64,000 nt of DNA, taken from contig CAVNZM010000001.1 in the NCBI GenBank assembly GCA_963693365.1, positions 20,716,125 to 20,780,124 of the forward strand, in the 5' to 3' direction. Shown here in pieces: positions 1 through 19,000 of the stretch (position 1 is its first letter; each line of letters opens with the position of its first letter). Origin of the DNA: Amoebidium appalachense (Eukaryota; Protista; Ichthyosporea). Both the position numbers and the translations under genes were made by a program. A model generated the notes under the pieces. The model had not been told where the DNA came from. It made no database searches and saw only the letters and a list, made by a program, of their open reading frames with translations.

Positions 1-651
1 GCTTTATATAACTACATAAAGCGGCCTACTATTGGTTAAATCAACATACTCGGGTGGGCCAATCAGATCAGGGTCAGAGGGTGGCGTTGCGCAAAACGTG
101 GGGGGGGGGGGGGGTGAGGGTTGGTCATACCTCTCCTATCCATGGGGGGGGGGGGGGGGGGGGGGTTATGGGTGCTTTTTTCTGGGGGCCTTGAGTCCTC
201 TCCTCGCCACGCCACCACACACCCCTACTCAATCCGAACCGCTCTACCAGACCCGGTCAGCACCGTGGCCGGGCCACCTGGGCTGTCATGCACCCCGTCC
301 CTCAGTCTCTCCCTTTCTCTCCCTCTCGGTCTCTCTAGCTCTCTCTCTGTCTCTCTCTCTCTCTCCAATCCCCCTTCCCTCCCTCCCTCTCTCTCTCTCG
401 CCCTCCCCCCCCTCATTCGCTCCCCCCCAACCCCCGCCCCTCAACCCCATCCCCACTGGTACCGCCCGCAACATATTACCAACTCGTTGCGCGTTCACCC
501 CTATCCTTCCCTCCCCTGAAACATCCCCTACGTAGCCTCGAATTCGTGCTCGTTTCCATCGCCCTGCTTACCTGTTCCCGATACCAGAGTTCTCCTCGAG
601 CTTTCTCCCTCCCCACCCTCCGTCCTCTTCCTCCCCCTCTCCCCTCCCCCC

Positions 652-695
<44 letters not shown>

Positions 696-699
696 CCCA

Positions 700-987
700 A
701 AAAACAACTTCTCAGGCTTCCCTCACGGTGCCCCCCCGTCTCTTGTACCCGTTTTACACTTGTCAACCGGTCCACTCTCTGCTCGGTACTAAAACGTTTT
801 CTTTTTATTTTACGGTTTGGCACCCAAATACTAAAAATTACAACCCACCCTCACAATATATTATCATTGTAGTCTATGAATAAACAGAATTTGGTGACTT
901 GGTTCCGTCCTTTTCCTGCTGTACAAAGGCTCTCTTGCAGGTCTCTCTCCTTCTCTTCCTCCCCCCTTCCCCCCCCCTACCCCCCCC

Positions 988-1020
<33 letters not shown>

Positions 1021-1470
1021 CCCTTCCTCTAGCTAACTCAGCTAACCCATGAGTGCTACCCTTTTCCCCAAGACCCCCTTCCCCCCGACACCTTGTGCCA
1101 CCGCACAAAACCACACACTCTCACTAAGACTCCCACCTCGGTCCCCGGCATACGCATATTCATCCACACTCAGAAGGCATTTCTTCTCCTCCGAGTCCTC
1201 TTCCTCCTCTTGCCCTCTATCTAGACCCACGTGCCCCTCTTCTTTTCGCCCACAGTGTTGTCCAAGCCCCATCTTGCTCCTACCCCCCCCCCCCCCCCCC
1301 CCCCGGCCCCCCCTCCCCCTCCCTCCCCCCCCCCCCCCCCCCCCCTCCTCCACCTTGGCACCCCTCCTTCGCTTCCCCACACTTGTCCCCAGTTTTCTGT
1401 CGCCGGTGTTGCCCAAGGTGTTAGCAACCGTTGTACAGCCCAAGCCTTTTGCCCATATCGAGAGCTGTAA
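700..1470 (+). mobile_element. Highly degenerate non-LTR retrotransposon (LINE) RT-like fragments between poly-C tracts
   Basis: Translations PSSFRP and [22 protein letters not shown] resemble the YRPISLLPVLSKVLERIV...L..HLE segment of LINE RTs. Confidence 0.4.
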
Positions 1471-1542
1471 GCAAAATGATGTGGCAACGTGTTGTGTTAC
1501 ACGTTGTGTATGTGTGTCGGTGGTATGTGTGTGACGGTGTGA

Positions 1543-1605
<63 letters not shown>

Positions 1606-1882
1606 CACACACATACGTCACGGTGCATGTGCGTGTCCGTGTGTGCGTGTGTGTGTGTGTGTCGGTGTGTGAGTGCGTGTGTATGTGTTACCGTAGTGTG
1701 TATTGGGGGGGAGGGGGGCGGGGGGGGGGGGGGGGGGGGGAGGGGAAAGGGGATGTATGCCCTGCCCTTCTTTTTCTCGCCCAATCACATTCTTCCTGGG
1801 CCACGGCATTTTGCTTCATCGTCTGATTCACTGTCTTCCTTTTCCTGCCCTCTTTCCTAGTTGCTTTGCTCCCCCCCCTCAA

Positions 1883-1917
<35 letters not shown>

Positions 1918-2692
1918 CCCCCCGTCGTCGTGGTTGATATGACCCGAGAAGGGTGGGGGGGGGTTATATTCGTTTGGCTCCCGCACAATGCCATGCCGCT
2001 CATACACTATGATACCCAAGCTTGCATGTTGCCCTGCTCGCCAGCTGGGGCCAGCACACGCAGGTGCATGCAAACACAAAAAGTGCACACCATTATGTGG
2101 CCTTAACAGGATTTTTATACCATGGCAGTTGCCACATTACTATACCTGTTCGATATTAATGCCTTTCCCCGCTGAAAGGTCGTCAGTAGTATCCCAAGTT
2201 CATATGGCCGGTGTTGTGTAAAACTTGTGACTGGCCTAGCACAGGTGTCCACGCGTACGGCCACATATGCAGTATTTAATAATATACCCCCCCCCCCCCT
2301 CCCCCCCCCCTCCCCCCCCCTCTCCCCCCCCCCCCCCCCCCCACTTTCCACCTCCAACTCCCGGATGGCCATCGCCTCACGGTAGCCTGAGGCATGGTTG
2401 TGACGAGATGCCACAGCAATGCTACCAACATCGTGGCATGATGGCCATGGCAACACTGGGTGACATAGGACATGGCCATTCGATCAGTGGACCAGGTCTG
2501 CCATGGTATCATCATCGCCATTCACATGAAACTTGTTAGTTAGTTTGGAGCTCTATGTAGCCAGGGGCTTTTTCGTCAAACCCAAGTTCCGGGCCATGAC
2601 ACATGGTTTCTAACCCCCAGCAAGGAAGAAGCTCCCATAAAAGCACCTACATATGCGCATGCAGCGGCGGCCTCAAAAGTCCAAGACCTCCT

Positions 2693-2736
2693 GGCAAGGC
2701 CTCCTAAATAGGGTGTGCTATTTAGGAGGCCTTGCC
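2693..2736. repeat. Perfect 19-bp inverted repeat with 6-nt loop
   Basis: ggcaaggcctcctaaatag-ggtgtg-ctatttaggaggccttgcc. Confidence 0.85.
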
Positions 2737-3186
2737 TCCTGGCCTTGGTGCCTCCATGGTTTCGGGTTGAACATGGCCGGAATCGACCCGATAATAACTT
2801 CTCAGAGCTCACGTGAAACAACTAATGCACCAATGAAATTAATTTATTACTTCAGATTACGTCATTGTGTGAGAGCCATCACTAGGCTCACGCGCGGCAG
2901 CAACCTTCCGCTTTTGCAGCTAATTTTAGACAAAATGTACTGCATGGGTGTCGAATACTGATAATATTTGCTTTTGTAACTTTACAAACCTTGCTTGCAC
3001 ACTAAAGCCTCCTAGTACTTGTTTGCAGAGCGCAAATATCGATGTCATGAGCCATGACGACATGGTGATCAGATACCGTGACACTAAGTCTCGAAAGAAC
3101 CAACCAGACACGGGATTTTCCCGCCCAAATCCACCAGCCTGGAGTTGACCGTGATTGAAAGCTTTTTGCGCGTAACCCGAGGCTCC

Positions 3187-3524
3187 TATAGAAAACTTTC
3201 AACTGCAAAAATAGTAGCTAAACATGCGACGATTTATTTGGTATTATGAATAAGCAATATACGTGTAAACGCAAGCGTAAGTGGATAGTAGTCTACGGTG
3301 CACATTTTAGTGGCCGTTTCGTATACAACTGGTCAAATTCCTGCAACGCAGTTGATCTATAGAGTACTCAACCGCATACACACACAGCTTGGTGCCCTTT
3401 TTTTTATACCACCACACCCTTTTACAGGAAACCTCGTAGGGTTGCTCGGGATGCTAAAAGTACACACATGACGTCCGCGCCTTTCTCTACATACACTTAG
3501 AGCAGCGGCCGCCTATCCTTAACT
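3187..3524 (+). promoter_or_regulatory. Putative TATA element and 5' leader of the bZIP gene with several uORFs and a likely leader intron (3277-3427)
   Basis: TATAGAAA at 3187. uORFs at 3224-3253, 3451-3471 and 3468-3500. GTAAGT at 3277 and ccttttacag ending at 3427. Confidence 0.4.
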
Positions 3525-4475
3525 ATGGACTTTTTCCAAAGCATGGAGGTCTTTAAGGCTGCCATGGCTGCACACGGCATGCAAACTGGTATGCCGGCCC
3601 CACCAGTAAACAACGCACAGACACCGGGTGTGAACGGAAGCATGAAACGAACGCAAGAGGGGGAGGGCGGGGAGGCAGGTAGAAAGCAGATGCGGTTGAA
3701 TTTGGACGCAGGGCGAAGCCGGGGGCAGGAAGCAAACACGAGTAACGGGAACAAGTTCAACCTCGAAGGGGAGGACTATAGCGAGTCGGAGGAGGATAGG
3801 AAGGACGGCCTGGGCATGGCTGTGGGCGTAACGGATAAGAGAAAACGCAACTGCCTCGCAAGTGCGCGGTTTAGGCAGAAGAAGAAGGCCGAGATGCAGA
3901 TGCTCGAAGAGATAGCCACGCAGAAGACGGAGGAGTGCGAGAAGCTCACGCAGCACGTCAAGCTGCTGCAGGCCGAGGTGCACTACCTCAAGCAGCTCAT
4001 GTTTATGAACGCCCTGGCCAACGCCCAGAACCCCGGCCTTGCCCAGGTTATGGCGGCAGCAAACAACCCGGCCATGGCTGCCCAGGCAGCACAGGCGGCC
4101 CAGCTAGCCGCCTTGGCTGCTGCGGCCCTGCAGACGGCCGGCACCCAGCCCCAGGCCCCACCAGCCCCTACCAGTCACGCCCAAACTATGCCCAACCCCA
4201 CCCTGCCCCCACACCCACCACAAGCCCCGCCACTGGCCATGCCCTTTGGCTTCCCTATGCCCGCACCGCCAGGGCAACTTGCTATGCCTCGTCCCATGGG
4301 TCCGGGGCCTATGCCCCCCCCTATGAACCTCAACTTCCAGGAGTTGGCGGCGTCAGCAGGGTTGCAAATACCGCCAGGGCTCAACCTCAACGCCCTGTTT
4401 CCCACCATGCCGGGTGCCCCACCAAGCGGCCCTGTGCACGACTTTGCGCAGATGCAGCACCAAATGAAGAAGTGA
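3525..4475 (+). CDS. bZIP transcription factor (316 aa, intronless CDS; basic region most like CYS-3/MetR/Zip1- or ATF4-type bZIPs) with Pro/Ala/Gln-rich C-terminus
   Basis: Clean ATG-TGA ORF with GC3-rich codons. Basic region DKRKRNCLASARFRQKKK is followed by a heptad zipper (L-EEIATQK-TEECEK-L-TQHVKL-L-QAEVHY-L-KQL). Subfamily is assigned from motif memory only. Confidence 0.9.
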   Translation: MDFFQSMEVFKAAMAAHGMQTGMPAPPVNNAQTPGVNGSMKRTQEGEGGEAGRKQMRLNLDAGRSRGQEANTSNGNKFNLEGEDYSESEEDRKDGLGMAVGVTDKRKRNCLASARFRQKKKAEMQMLEEIATQKTEECEKLTQHVKLLQAEVHYLKQLMFMNALANAQNPGLAQVMAAANNPAMAAQAAQAAQLAALAAAALQTAGTQPQAPPAPTSHAQTMPNPTLPPHPPQAPPLAMPFGFPMPAPPGQLAMPRPMGPGPMPPPMNLNFQELAASAGLQIPPGLNLNALFPTMPGAPPSGPVHDFAQMQHQMKK

Positions 4476-4635
4476 CGTGGCCGGTGGGTGGGCCTTATTG
4501 TCGCACTGCGAATGACTGAACACGCAAGTAGTGGTTGAGGTAGTACGTTAGTTTTAATTCTGCATCTTCATTCGAAGGAGGGGAAACTAGGGACAGGCAC
4601 GCAATGGGGCTCCAAGTGTGTGTGCGTGCGTGTGT

Positions 4636-4670
<35 letters not shown>

Positions 4671-5492
4671 CGGTTGTGGCTTTGGGAGGACTAGAGCGCG
4701 CGAATGAAGCAATAAATATGTTAGAACATGGTGGGACTTGCTTTCCCTTCTGGTAGTCGTTTTTCTTTTTCCTCTTGGACCAGTCTTGGTTATGTGCGTG
4801 GGAGCAGAGGAAGACGATTGAGTAATGGGCTTGATCCGAACATAAGTATAGAATACACGAATTTCCCTGCGTGGTGGTGATACTATCTGGCATATCTTTG
4901 TGCCTTACGAAGGCGGTATGCTTTAGCAGTGAAATACAATACATTGGTCAGGTCTGTGCAAAGGGGTTGGTTCATGCGATACCTAGCTGCTCCCCCCCCC
5001 CCCCCCCCCCCCCCCTCCCCCCGGAACATGTATGCAAGCTCCAGCGCATTGGCCAATGCACACACGGGCACATACATGCACAAATACACCCACACATGCA
5101 CACAGACATGCGCGCGCAAACACCTATACATACCCCAAGCGCAAACACGAGCACACACAGGGACAAGCTTGTGCACACACTCAAACACAAAGGATACACC
5201 ATACCGGCACAGGTGCACACTCACTCGCACTCACCTGCACACACGCACACACACACACACGAACACAGACACGCACATGCACACGCACACGTGTATGCAT
5301 ACGCACACACAAACACGAGCTCGCACACGGACAAGCTTGCGCACACGCTCAAACACAAAGAATACATCATGCAGGCACAAGGTGCACACCAACCACACAC
5401 ACATGCACACACCGTCGACTCACACAGGCGCACGCACTCACTTCATACCTCCCCCCCCCCCCTCCCCCGTCCCCCCCCATACGCTCGCGTGC

Positions 5493-5523
<31 letters not shown>

Positions 5524-5696
5524 AACACTGGACAAAAATGCAACGTGTAGCACGCACACGTAAACACGTGCATGCCCCGCACCAACTCAAACCCACACAC
5601 GCGCACACACACTTGGGCGCTCACACAAAAACAAATGCACACACAGTATAGAAAAACACAAGTGTGCGTGCACGCACACACAAACACACTAGCTAG

Positions 5697-5736
<40 letters not shown>

Positions 5737-6268
5737 AAAATGCTCAGCACATAGAGGGCAAAAAAAGTGGTGCTCCAGGGACGGGATGTACGCACATACA
5801 CAGGCACGGGCTCATGCACTTGCTGACGCACACCCAAAGCCCCCCACACGTGCACACGCACATGGCCTCACATGTACACAAATGCACGCGCACACACAAA
5901 TGCACAACCGCACACACAGGCGTGCATGCACGCACGCACACACACAGACTACACACACACATTCAAGTTACGCGCGGTTTCATTGATGCCTGCACCCACA
6001 CCCATACATGGGACATGTGCACACGTCTCGCTCGCGCGCGCACACCCACACACACACACACACACACATGTGCATTCACTGCATGCGTGCACACACGCAC
6101 ATGCAAAGTCTCTCGCACATGTACACTCACTGTGCACGCGCACACACCGTGACACACACACACACACACACACATGCACACGCACATGCACAAGGCAACA
6201 CAACACCCTGCACACACACACCGACACGTTATTGGAGCTTTCATTCATGCCCGCACCACACAGTTTGT

Positions 6269-6317
<49 letters not shown>

Positions 6318-7581
6318 TGTGCGTGTGCATACACATGCGTGCCTGTACACAGACACGATTGCATGCACAAGCATGCACACATTCCACATGGTGCAAATAC
6401 CCGTCAACCACCGCATCGTGTATATTCACGGGAGTGTGCGCAGGGAGGTGTGCACTGCGCGAAGGCCTAACTGCCCATGCTCCTATAATTCGCTCACTGC
6501 ATGCATACATATGCCGAGTAGGTTTTACCATCTTTTTGTGTGTGTAATTTTGATGGCTCTTGTCTGTTGCCCCCACACACTGAAAAATCTTAACTCAAAG
6601 CTGACACGAGACCACAAGACACAAGCATGTACATGCATCTACCAGCACACACTGCACACACCATACGTAGGGGCTCCCTATCTCGTGTGTGCGTGTGTGT
6701 GCGCCGTAACCCTGTGCATGCTTCATTACCTCACATGCACACCAGCTTGTTTGTGCATCAGTTCGGTAGGCACACAGTGATACACCCCACACTGGCACAC
6801 ACAATCTTTATGCAGGCAGGCTGGCTTGCACAATGCCACAATACACATGTCCGGAGATATTTGCAGTCACGCGCTACACAGGACACCTTGCCACACAGCA
6901 CGTTCTATGATATCCAGTGGTGTCCGCCTAGCATGTGAATCTAAATTGGAATCACCCCTCCCCCCTCCCCAACACCCACACACCCGCCCGCACAGACGCA
7001 CACACGTCACACGTGTACACACAACCACTAGTCACCCAATCGCACCAATGATTATCCAGTAACACAAAGGCCTCCTGACTAGCTCACTCCTTGAGTGACA
7101 CACACAAACACACACAAAAATGTTCACGCGCTATCGCCCATGAGGCGCTTGTTCGGAGAGAACTTCCACTCTTTCTACAGGCAATGCATCTACCAATGAC
7201 ATGATATTGCCTAAACTGCATGCCTATAGGCTCCATATGATAGCACAACCAAATATTATTGCTGCGTCTATAAAACGGAATTTCATAATAGACTTCATAA
7301 TGGGGTGGCTGCCTTAACCGGGCTCCGGTGGGGCACGTACATGTGCTTGTGCCAGTGTGAAGGGGCGTGTACCTACAATTAGCTATAGCGCTGCATGCGC
7401 ATGTGTCTGTCAGTGTCATGCCAGTGTGAAGGGGTGTGTACCTACAATTAGCGCTGCAACACGTGCATGTGCACACACGTCTGGTTGGGGTTTGCCCTCA
7501 TGTTGCTGGTTTGTGTGTGCGGAACCACCGGCAACGTTGCAGCTTTCGATAAGGTGTTTTTTTTTTTTTTTTTTCTTTGCC

Positions 7582-7639
<58 letters not shown>

Positions 7640-7698
7640 CTTCAGAACAAAACATATAGAGGTGTGTCCTTGCAGCCAGTGTGAGGACATATTATTCA

Positions 7699-10296
<2,598 letters not shown>

Positions 10297-10299
10297 GGC

Positions 10300-10375
10300 A
10301 ACGGGGTCACGTGGGTGCACTCTCCACCAATCAGGTCCTGTTAAAGTCACGTGCAGTGTTAGTGCACGTGGGGGG
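10300..10375 (-). promoter_or_regulatory. ADAT2 proximal promoter: three CACGTG E-boxes and a CCAAT box
   Basis: CACGTG at 10308, 10348 and 10365; CCAATCA at 10327; all within 75 nt of the start codon. Confidence 0.4.
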
Positions 10376-10589
10376 AATGCAACCAAAACAGCTAGGCTGT
10401 AGGTAGAATAGAGCCAAACACCATGCATGGAAGGAGATGCAACCAACAGAGGACTAGATGGGGTGAGGGTGGGGACGGAAGTATGCTAAGATTAGTACAG
10501 AACATAAAATGGGAAAGCAGAAATAAGAAAGTTGAAAACAAGGGTAGAAACAAAAGGGGGCTGGGCGAGGGGGGGGGGGGGGGGGGGGG

Positions 10590-12560
<1,971 letters not shown>

Positions 12561-14125
12561 GGGTAGTGTGTATAAGCCCAGCAAGAAACATGTGTACTGG
12601 GCAGGGTGCTTGCGCTAGTGTGTGCTCCTGTGGGTGCTACATGAATCTCGCAATACTCTTGGGTACGCACATGTCGGTCACATTTACGAAGGGGAGGCCC
12701 TACGTGTGCTCATATGACTAAGACTGCAGGCGGGCTCCAACAACTACCTAAGCGTTTATTCTGTATTGCTATAAGCACGTATGCTGCAGATTTGCGCTGG
12801 CTTTGCTGCTGATGTTTTGCGCGTCACTGCAACCTTGCCTCCTGCTTGCACGTGCCATGAATGACCCCAATGCTCCGGCACAGCTACGAAACAGTGTGTG
12901 GGGGCCTACACTTGTGTTCTGGCGCAGACACACCGAAGATGTACAAGGGTGGTACACCCGAGGTTTGCTGCCCTGTGGTGATTGGCTGCACCTAAAATTT
13001 CCGCTCGCCAATCTCCCCCCCCCCCCCCCCCCCCCCTTGCACTCCCGACCCCCCCCTCCTCCGGGGCCACTCGGAGGTGAAAGCAGTATGTATGCTCTTG
13101 CTATAATTCTATAAGACATATACAGAGCTCTATAACTATAGCGAGGTATACCATGGCTCCACTCTGTTTACTCGAGGCACAGGGAGACCAGTCTCAGGGC
13201 GCGGGGGCGCAGGGTTTTGCTCGGTACATAAATCACCTCCGCGTTATATCATGATCAGGTACTACGCCATCCTGCCTGAGGGCATAGGCAGAGCCAAGAA
13301 GACGGTAGCCTCTGTACAAAAATAGAAGTAGCTACTAATTAGTAATATCACGTGAGTGGGTCTAAAATAACTTGCCTTTTTCTTTTTATTGGCGTATAAT
13401 CCCCATGGCCTGCACATGCATATGGGCATGCAAAAGGGATTCTTGGATTTGAAACGGGGAGGGGGGTAGTAGCTAGTTTGGGGTGTGTGTGTGGGGGGGG
13501 GGGGGGAGGGGGAGGGGGAGGGGGGGGGACCACCACCCTGAGTAGGTGGGTCCCCTCCCCCCCGGGGAGCAGGGACCCACCCAGCCCATAGATAGGCTGC
13601 CATCATATGACTATATCAGATAAGCTGATGATATATAGTACTAATAGTATGATTTACCAGCGGTTTAAGTACATTCCCAAAACATAAACATTGAGGCTAA
13701 CTAATAGAAGTCACTCTTGATCACCTAAAACTCAGGCTATCTATCTATATATATGTCGTAAGGTCATACCCCCCCCTCCCCCCCCCCCCCCCCCCCCCCC
13801 CCCGGCCCACCCGCCCCTGGCTCGGGGCCCCCTGTCCCCCCGCCCTCTCCCCTCCCTAACCCCCCTCTCGCACTCGTCTTTAGTCGCCCACCGCGCACAC
13901 GCACAGCACACACTTTCACACGTATTTAGTTCACACGTATGTAGTTCACACGTATTTAGTTCGCACGTATTTAGTTCACACGTGCCTGCCCAGGACGATA
14001 ACTTTCCCCCAATACTAACTTCGAAATAGTTGACCGTTGCATGTGTGTGTGTGTGTGTGAATGTGTGTGTGTGTGTGCGGTGCGTGTGCGTGTGTGCGTG
14101 TGTATGTGTGTGTTTGTACGTGCGC

Positions 14126-14246
<121 letters not shown>

Positions 14247-14594
14247 GTGGGTGTGGGTGCGCGCACGCGCATGTGCACATGCATTTACTTGTGTAGGCGA
14301 GCAGGGTGAGGGGGGAGGGGGGGGAGGAGGAGGTAAGTGAGGCAGGAGGGGCCGGTGGAGGGTGTGTGTGTGGAGGGGAAGGGGTCGTTAGAAGACGTTA
14401 TATCTAGGGTGAGGGGAGGGGGGAGGGGGGGGGGGGGCCAGGGGGTCGGAAGGGGGTCCGGCCGTTTAACGAAAATTTTATGGAGCATATAGTACACATT
14501 TGCCGCGGACAACACAAAGCAGACCTTGCAAAGAACACACATTGAGGTGGCATCCGGCAGAAGAAGAGCACCAGCACTAAGGGGTGGGAAATGT

Positions 14595-14625
<31 letters not shown>

Positions 14626-14650
14626 CGTGTGTGTATGTGTGTGTGTGTGC

Positions 14651-14690
<40 letters not shown>

Positions 14691-14744
14691 TGTTTGTGTG
14701 TGTGTGTGTGTTTGTGTGTGTGTTGATGGGTTTGGGCGTGGGGA

Positions 14745-14783
<39 letters not shown>

Positions 14784-15003
14784 GCGCGTGTGTATGTGGG
14801 GGGGGGAGGCCGGGGGAGGGGGGAGGGGGGGGGGTGCGGGGACGGGGGCGGGGGGGGGGGGGGGGGGGGGGGGAAGATATGCATCAGTGGCCAAAACGGA
14901 AGTAATTTCTCATATAAAAAAAGAGTAACGAATACATGTACAATTTTTGTTGGATAGAAAAGAGACTCTGGCCATGATCACGCGCATGGGCGGGCGGGAG
15001 TGG

Positions 15004-15055
<52 letters not shown>

Positions 15056-15203
15056 ACCACCCCATTCACCCAGTTGGGTCCCTCCTCCCCTCCCCCTCCC
15101 CCCCCCCTGCGGCTACCTGGGGGGGGGGGGGGGGGGGGGGGGAGGGGGGGAGGGAGTTAGGTTATAGCGTCTCAGACTCCCTTTCATAGCCCCCCCTCTG
15201 GAT

Positions 15204-15856
15204 TGTTGTAATTGTTATTTACGCACCTTTAGATGCATGCTTATAGATAGCAGACATACGACACGTACACGTAGGACACGGCCCTTTCCCATTACTCATT
15301 ATTACGTAACCATTGCATCATTGTTACATCATAGCTTTGCATCTTGGCACACCACGTGTTATGCCCCTGTAACGCATGAATATTTGGGATAGCCCCTGCA
15401 CGTGTACCAATAGTTTATGCATATGCACAGTGGCACGCGATTGAGAAGATTGACATTGCGTGTGCACGTGGCATGCGTTTTGAAGATTGACATTGCATGT
15501 ATTTGTAGATTGAGCATTTCCGATTGGTTGTTTCTAATATTCGGGATTCGTACTAGCCATATATAGACATTGTAAGTGCTTTCCTATTGCATCATGTGGT
15601 AGACAAGCGCGCAAACAAAACTATATAAAGGATGGCATCGGTCGACCACACACAGACAGACAGATAGATCTAGAGAGTCTCAGAAAGAGTCTAACCTCAG
15701 AGTTAGTAAGCTACTCTTGAGATACCTGTGTGTGTACACAGAAGCCGAAGTTTCAAAAGAGAACGATCCAACTTTTCTTGATTCTTAGCACCACTAGTAC
15801 TCCCATCCTATTCCCCTAACAGGGAGGACCACCAGAGCAGACGTCGATTTACTACT
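15204..15856 (+). mobile_element. Possible solo LTR
   Basis: Unique, AT-richer 650-nt block starting TGTTGTA and ending TTACTAC(T), with an internal CTATATAAAG at about 15621. No TSD confirmed. Confidence 0.25.
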
Positions 15857-16057
15857 CCCCCCCCCCCTCCCCCCTTCCCCCCCCATTTCAAATTCAAAAA
15901 ACCCTAAAAGCTCAATCTGTGCTCGGTTTGAAGCGGAGGTTGGCACTGGTACGGCCGGTGCCTTCAGATGCCCGTCATGTTCCTTTCTGCCACTGCTCGT
16001 GCCTGCTTTTGCAGGTTACACATGGTAGCCCCAGCTGGACGTTGAAGAACGGGGGCA

Positions 16058-16091
<34 letters not shown>

Positions 16092-19000
16092 GGCAATGCC
16101 CGTCATGTTTTGTGCACGCATACACTTATATGATCACGAATCCTGGGCCAAACACAGTGACAGCCACGCCCACATGTGCACGAACACATGCCTAAAATTT
16201 AATAAAAAATAAAAATAAAAAATCAACCATCTACAAAAATCATAAAAATCAACCATCTACAAAAATCATAAAAATCAACCATCTGCACCTACCCCCTTGC
16301 CATAACCCAGCAGATCTAGCGGCTGCACCTTATCACCCCCACCGGACTGCAAGCAACATATCCACCACCAAGGACTGAATCGGCTGGGGACTTTGCCCCA
16401 GGCACATCACCCTCCCACGTGCTGGATCACCACACCCGGCCACAGACAACCCTATTGGCTACACAATCTGTCTGTATGCATATCTGAGCTTTTCTTTGAA
16501 TATTTGTAAACCTAGATGTAGGACATTACAAAAACCCCCGCTCAAAACATAAATACAAAAACCACCAATTCCCAGAGCCGCCTGCCACCCGTAGGAAGAA
16601 ACGAGTCACAACTTCTAGCAGAAAAAACCGCCCACCAATGTGCCGGCTTGCCCAAATGCAGAGACTTCAACCGAAAATAAAGTGCCACCCACAACACTTA
16701 ATAGACAAATAGCAGCCACCACCACACTACACAACATGGGGCACCATATACGCCCCACCATGCTAAACCACACATCCCATCACACTATGTTAGACCCCCC
16801 TCACCTGACTGGGGGAAATTTTGTAACCGGACCCTCCTAGTTTGTAAAATCTTTGACAATTAGCACATGCCCCCCTAGCCTTTTGTGTATATATTTTAGC
16901 GTGATCGTTCTGCCATGTCTGTTTGACGGGCTCAGTCTTTTAAGTAGCTATATAGGTATTTGGGGTCGCGGGCTACCTAGAGACAGCAGTGCTGAATATG
17001 AAAGTCATAAAATGAAAGGGCTCGAATCATCTGCACTAGCTGCACAATAAAACCCACACCCACACTCACAACCGCAGGCACAACCGTTGGCATACACCGT
17101 AGCAGACAGACACAAAACACCCAGTCTTACGTTCTTGAGATTCAAATTTGGGGGAGGGTGGGAGAGGAAGAGGGGAAGGGGGAAGTGGGGAGGCGGGGGG
17201 GGAGGGAGGGGAGGGGGGAAGCAGGAAATATCCGCTTCCCCCTTGGGGGGGGGGGGGGGGGGAGGGGAGGGGGGGGGGGGGGGGGGGGAGACCCCATCGG
17301 CGTGCAGGTTGGTGCCCCCCCTCCCCTCCCCCGGGGCGCCTCCCCCTCCCCCCAGGACCCCATCTGCTCCTTTGGTGAATGGACCGCCCCCACCAGCCAA
17401 CCCCCCGCCCCCCACCTCCCCCCGGGCAGTCAAGCATCTCTTGCCACTTGACCCCACCCACCAACTTGTATTCGTTACGGCCAACAATTGAGATGATCCA
17501 GTATTGTAGGCAGCCTTACGTGCTCACTGACCCGCCCATGCTCTGTTTGCGTGCATGTGTGTATAGTGTGAATCTATGTGTGTGTTGTGTGCCAATGTGT
17601 GTTTTCACTTTGTGTGTGTGCTTGCCGCATGGTGCCAGCGTGTGTGTGCTGAAACATTGTGCTGTTGACGAATGCAGCAATTTGCCCTATTCCACACTGC
17701 CGCATGTGTGCCTGTTGCAGCCTGTGTGTAATGCTATGTGTGTGAGTGTGCGTGTTTGTGTGTGCGGCACGTGCGCCTGTGTGCCACGGTGCCACATTAT
17801 TCATGTTGTATGAATATGGCACACCGTGGGTGTAACTCGCTGCTACATAGTCTCTGCCTCTGTCGGTTCCCTTTACCCACCCACACATGCATGTTTGTTT
17901 TCTGACACATGAGTTTGAGTGATGTGCATGCCTGCATGTGTATCTGTTGCTGGCGATGTGTGCATCCACTTGTATGCGTTCGATTAGCAGGGGGGGGGGG
18001 GGGGGGGGGGGGGGGGGAGGGGGGGGAGGCTTGGGGGCGGCGGGTCAGGGGGGGAGGGGGGGGGGGGGAGGCTGGGGGGAGACGGGGAGTAAGACAGAAG
18101 AAAACTGAGGAGAGAGAAAGAGTGTGTGTATGTGTGTATAGTGTATATGTGTGTATATGTGTGTGATTTTGAGCGTATGCACTCAATGACCACGTCCGAC
18201 CACACGAGTGTACAGTGTTTGCCTTGTCCGTGTGTGTGTGATTGTGTACACAACAGCATGTGCGTGCGTGCGTGTGCGTGTGCGCGTGAATCCACGTGTC
18301 TGTGCACGTGAGTGTCGCGTGTTTTTCTTGCCAGTATCTGCTTAGGCTTGTGTCGGAGCACGTCAGCCACTTCGAATGTGCACATGTGCATGGGTGAGTG
18401 TATGGGCAAACATATGTGCAGTTGCGCATGGCAGGTCTGTGTGCCTCCTACACGTGCTTGTGTGGTGCATGTGTGTATAGGTACGTGGGAAATATGCGCA
18501 AAAGTGTGCGTGAGTATATGGGTGTGCGCCGTGGAGAGACTGGAGGCGGGCTTCATTCAGGAAGGCTTAAAGGGGGGGGAGGGGAGGGGGGAGGGTACTA
18601 ACTTGTGTTTCAGGTGGCCCAGAACTCGTTAGGTTCAATGTTTCCGCTTTGGGAATGTATGGCGGCAGCCTGTGGGGTGGATGGGTCCCCCTTCCCCACT
18701 CTCCCTGCTAGCCAGGAGGGGGAGGGGGAGGGGGAGGAGGGAGTAGAGGGGGCGGGGGGGGGGGGGGGGGGGGGGGGAGGAGGTAGGGGGGGGGGAGAGA
18801 GGGGAGGGAGGCACCCATGCAATCTTCCAAAGGGGGTGGTGCCCCCCCCCCCCTTCCTAGCTAGAGGGGGAGGGGAAGGGGGGAGGGGGGGGGGGGGACC
18901 CACCCACTATCCATGCATCCAAAGGGGCTGGGGGGGAGGGACGGGGGGAGAACCCCCTATTCAAACTTCCAAAGAGGACCGTGATGCATGAGCACACACA

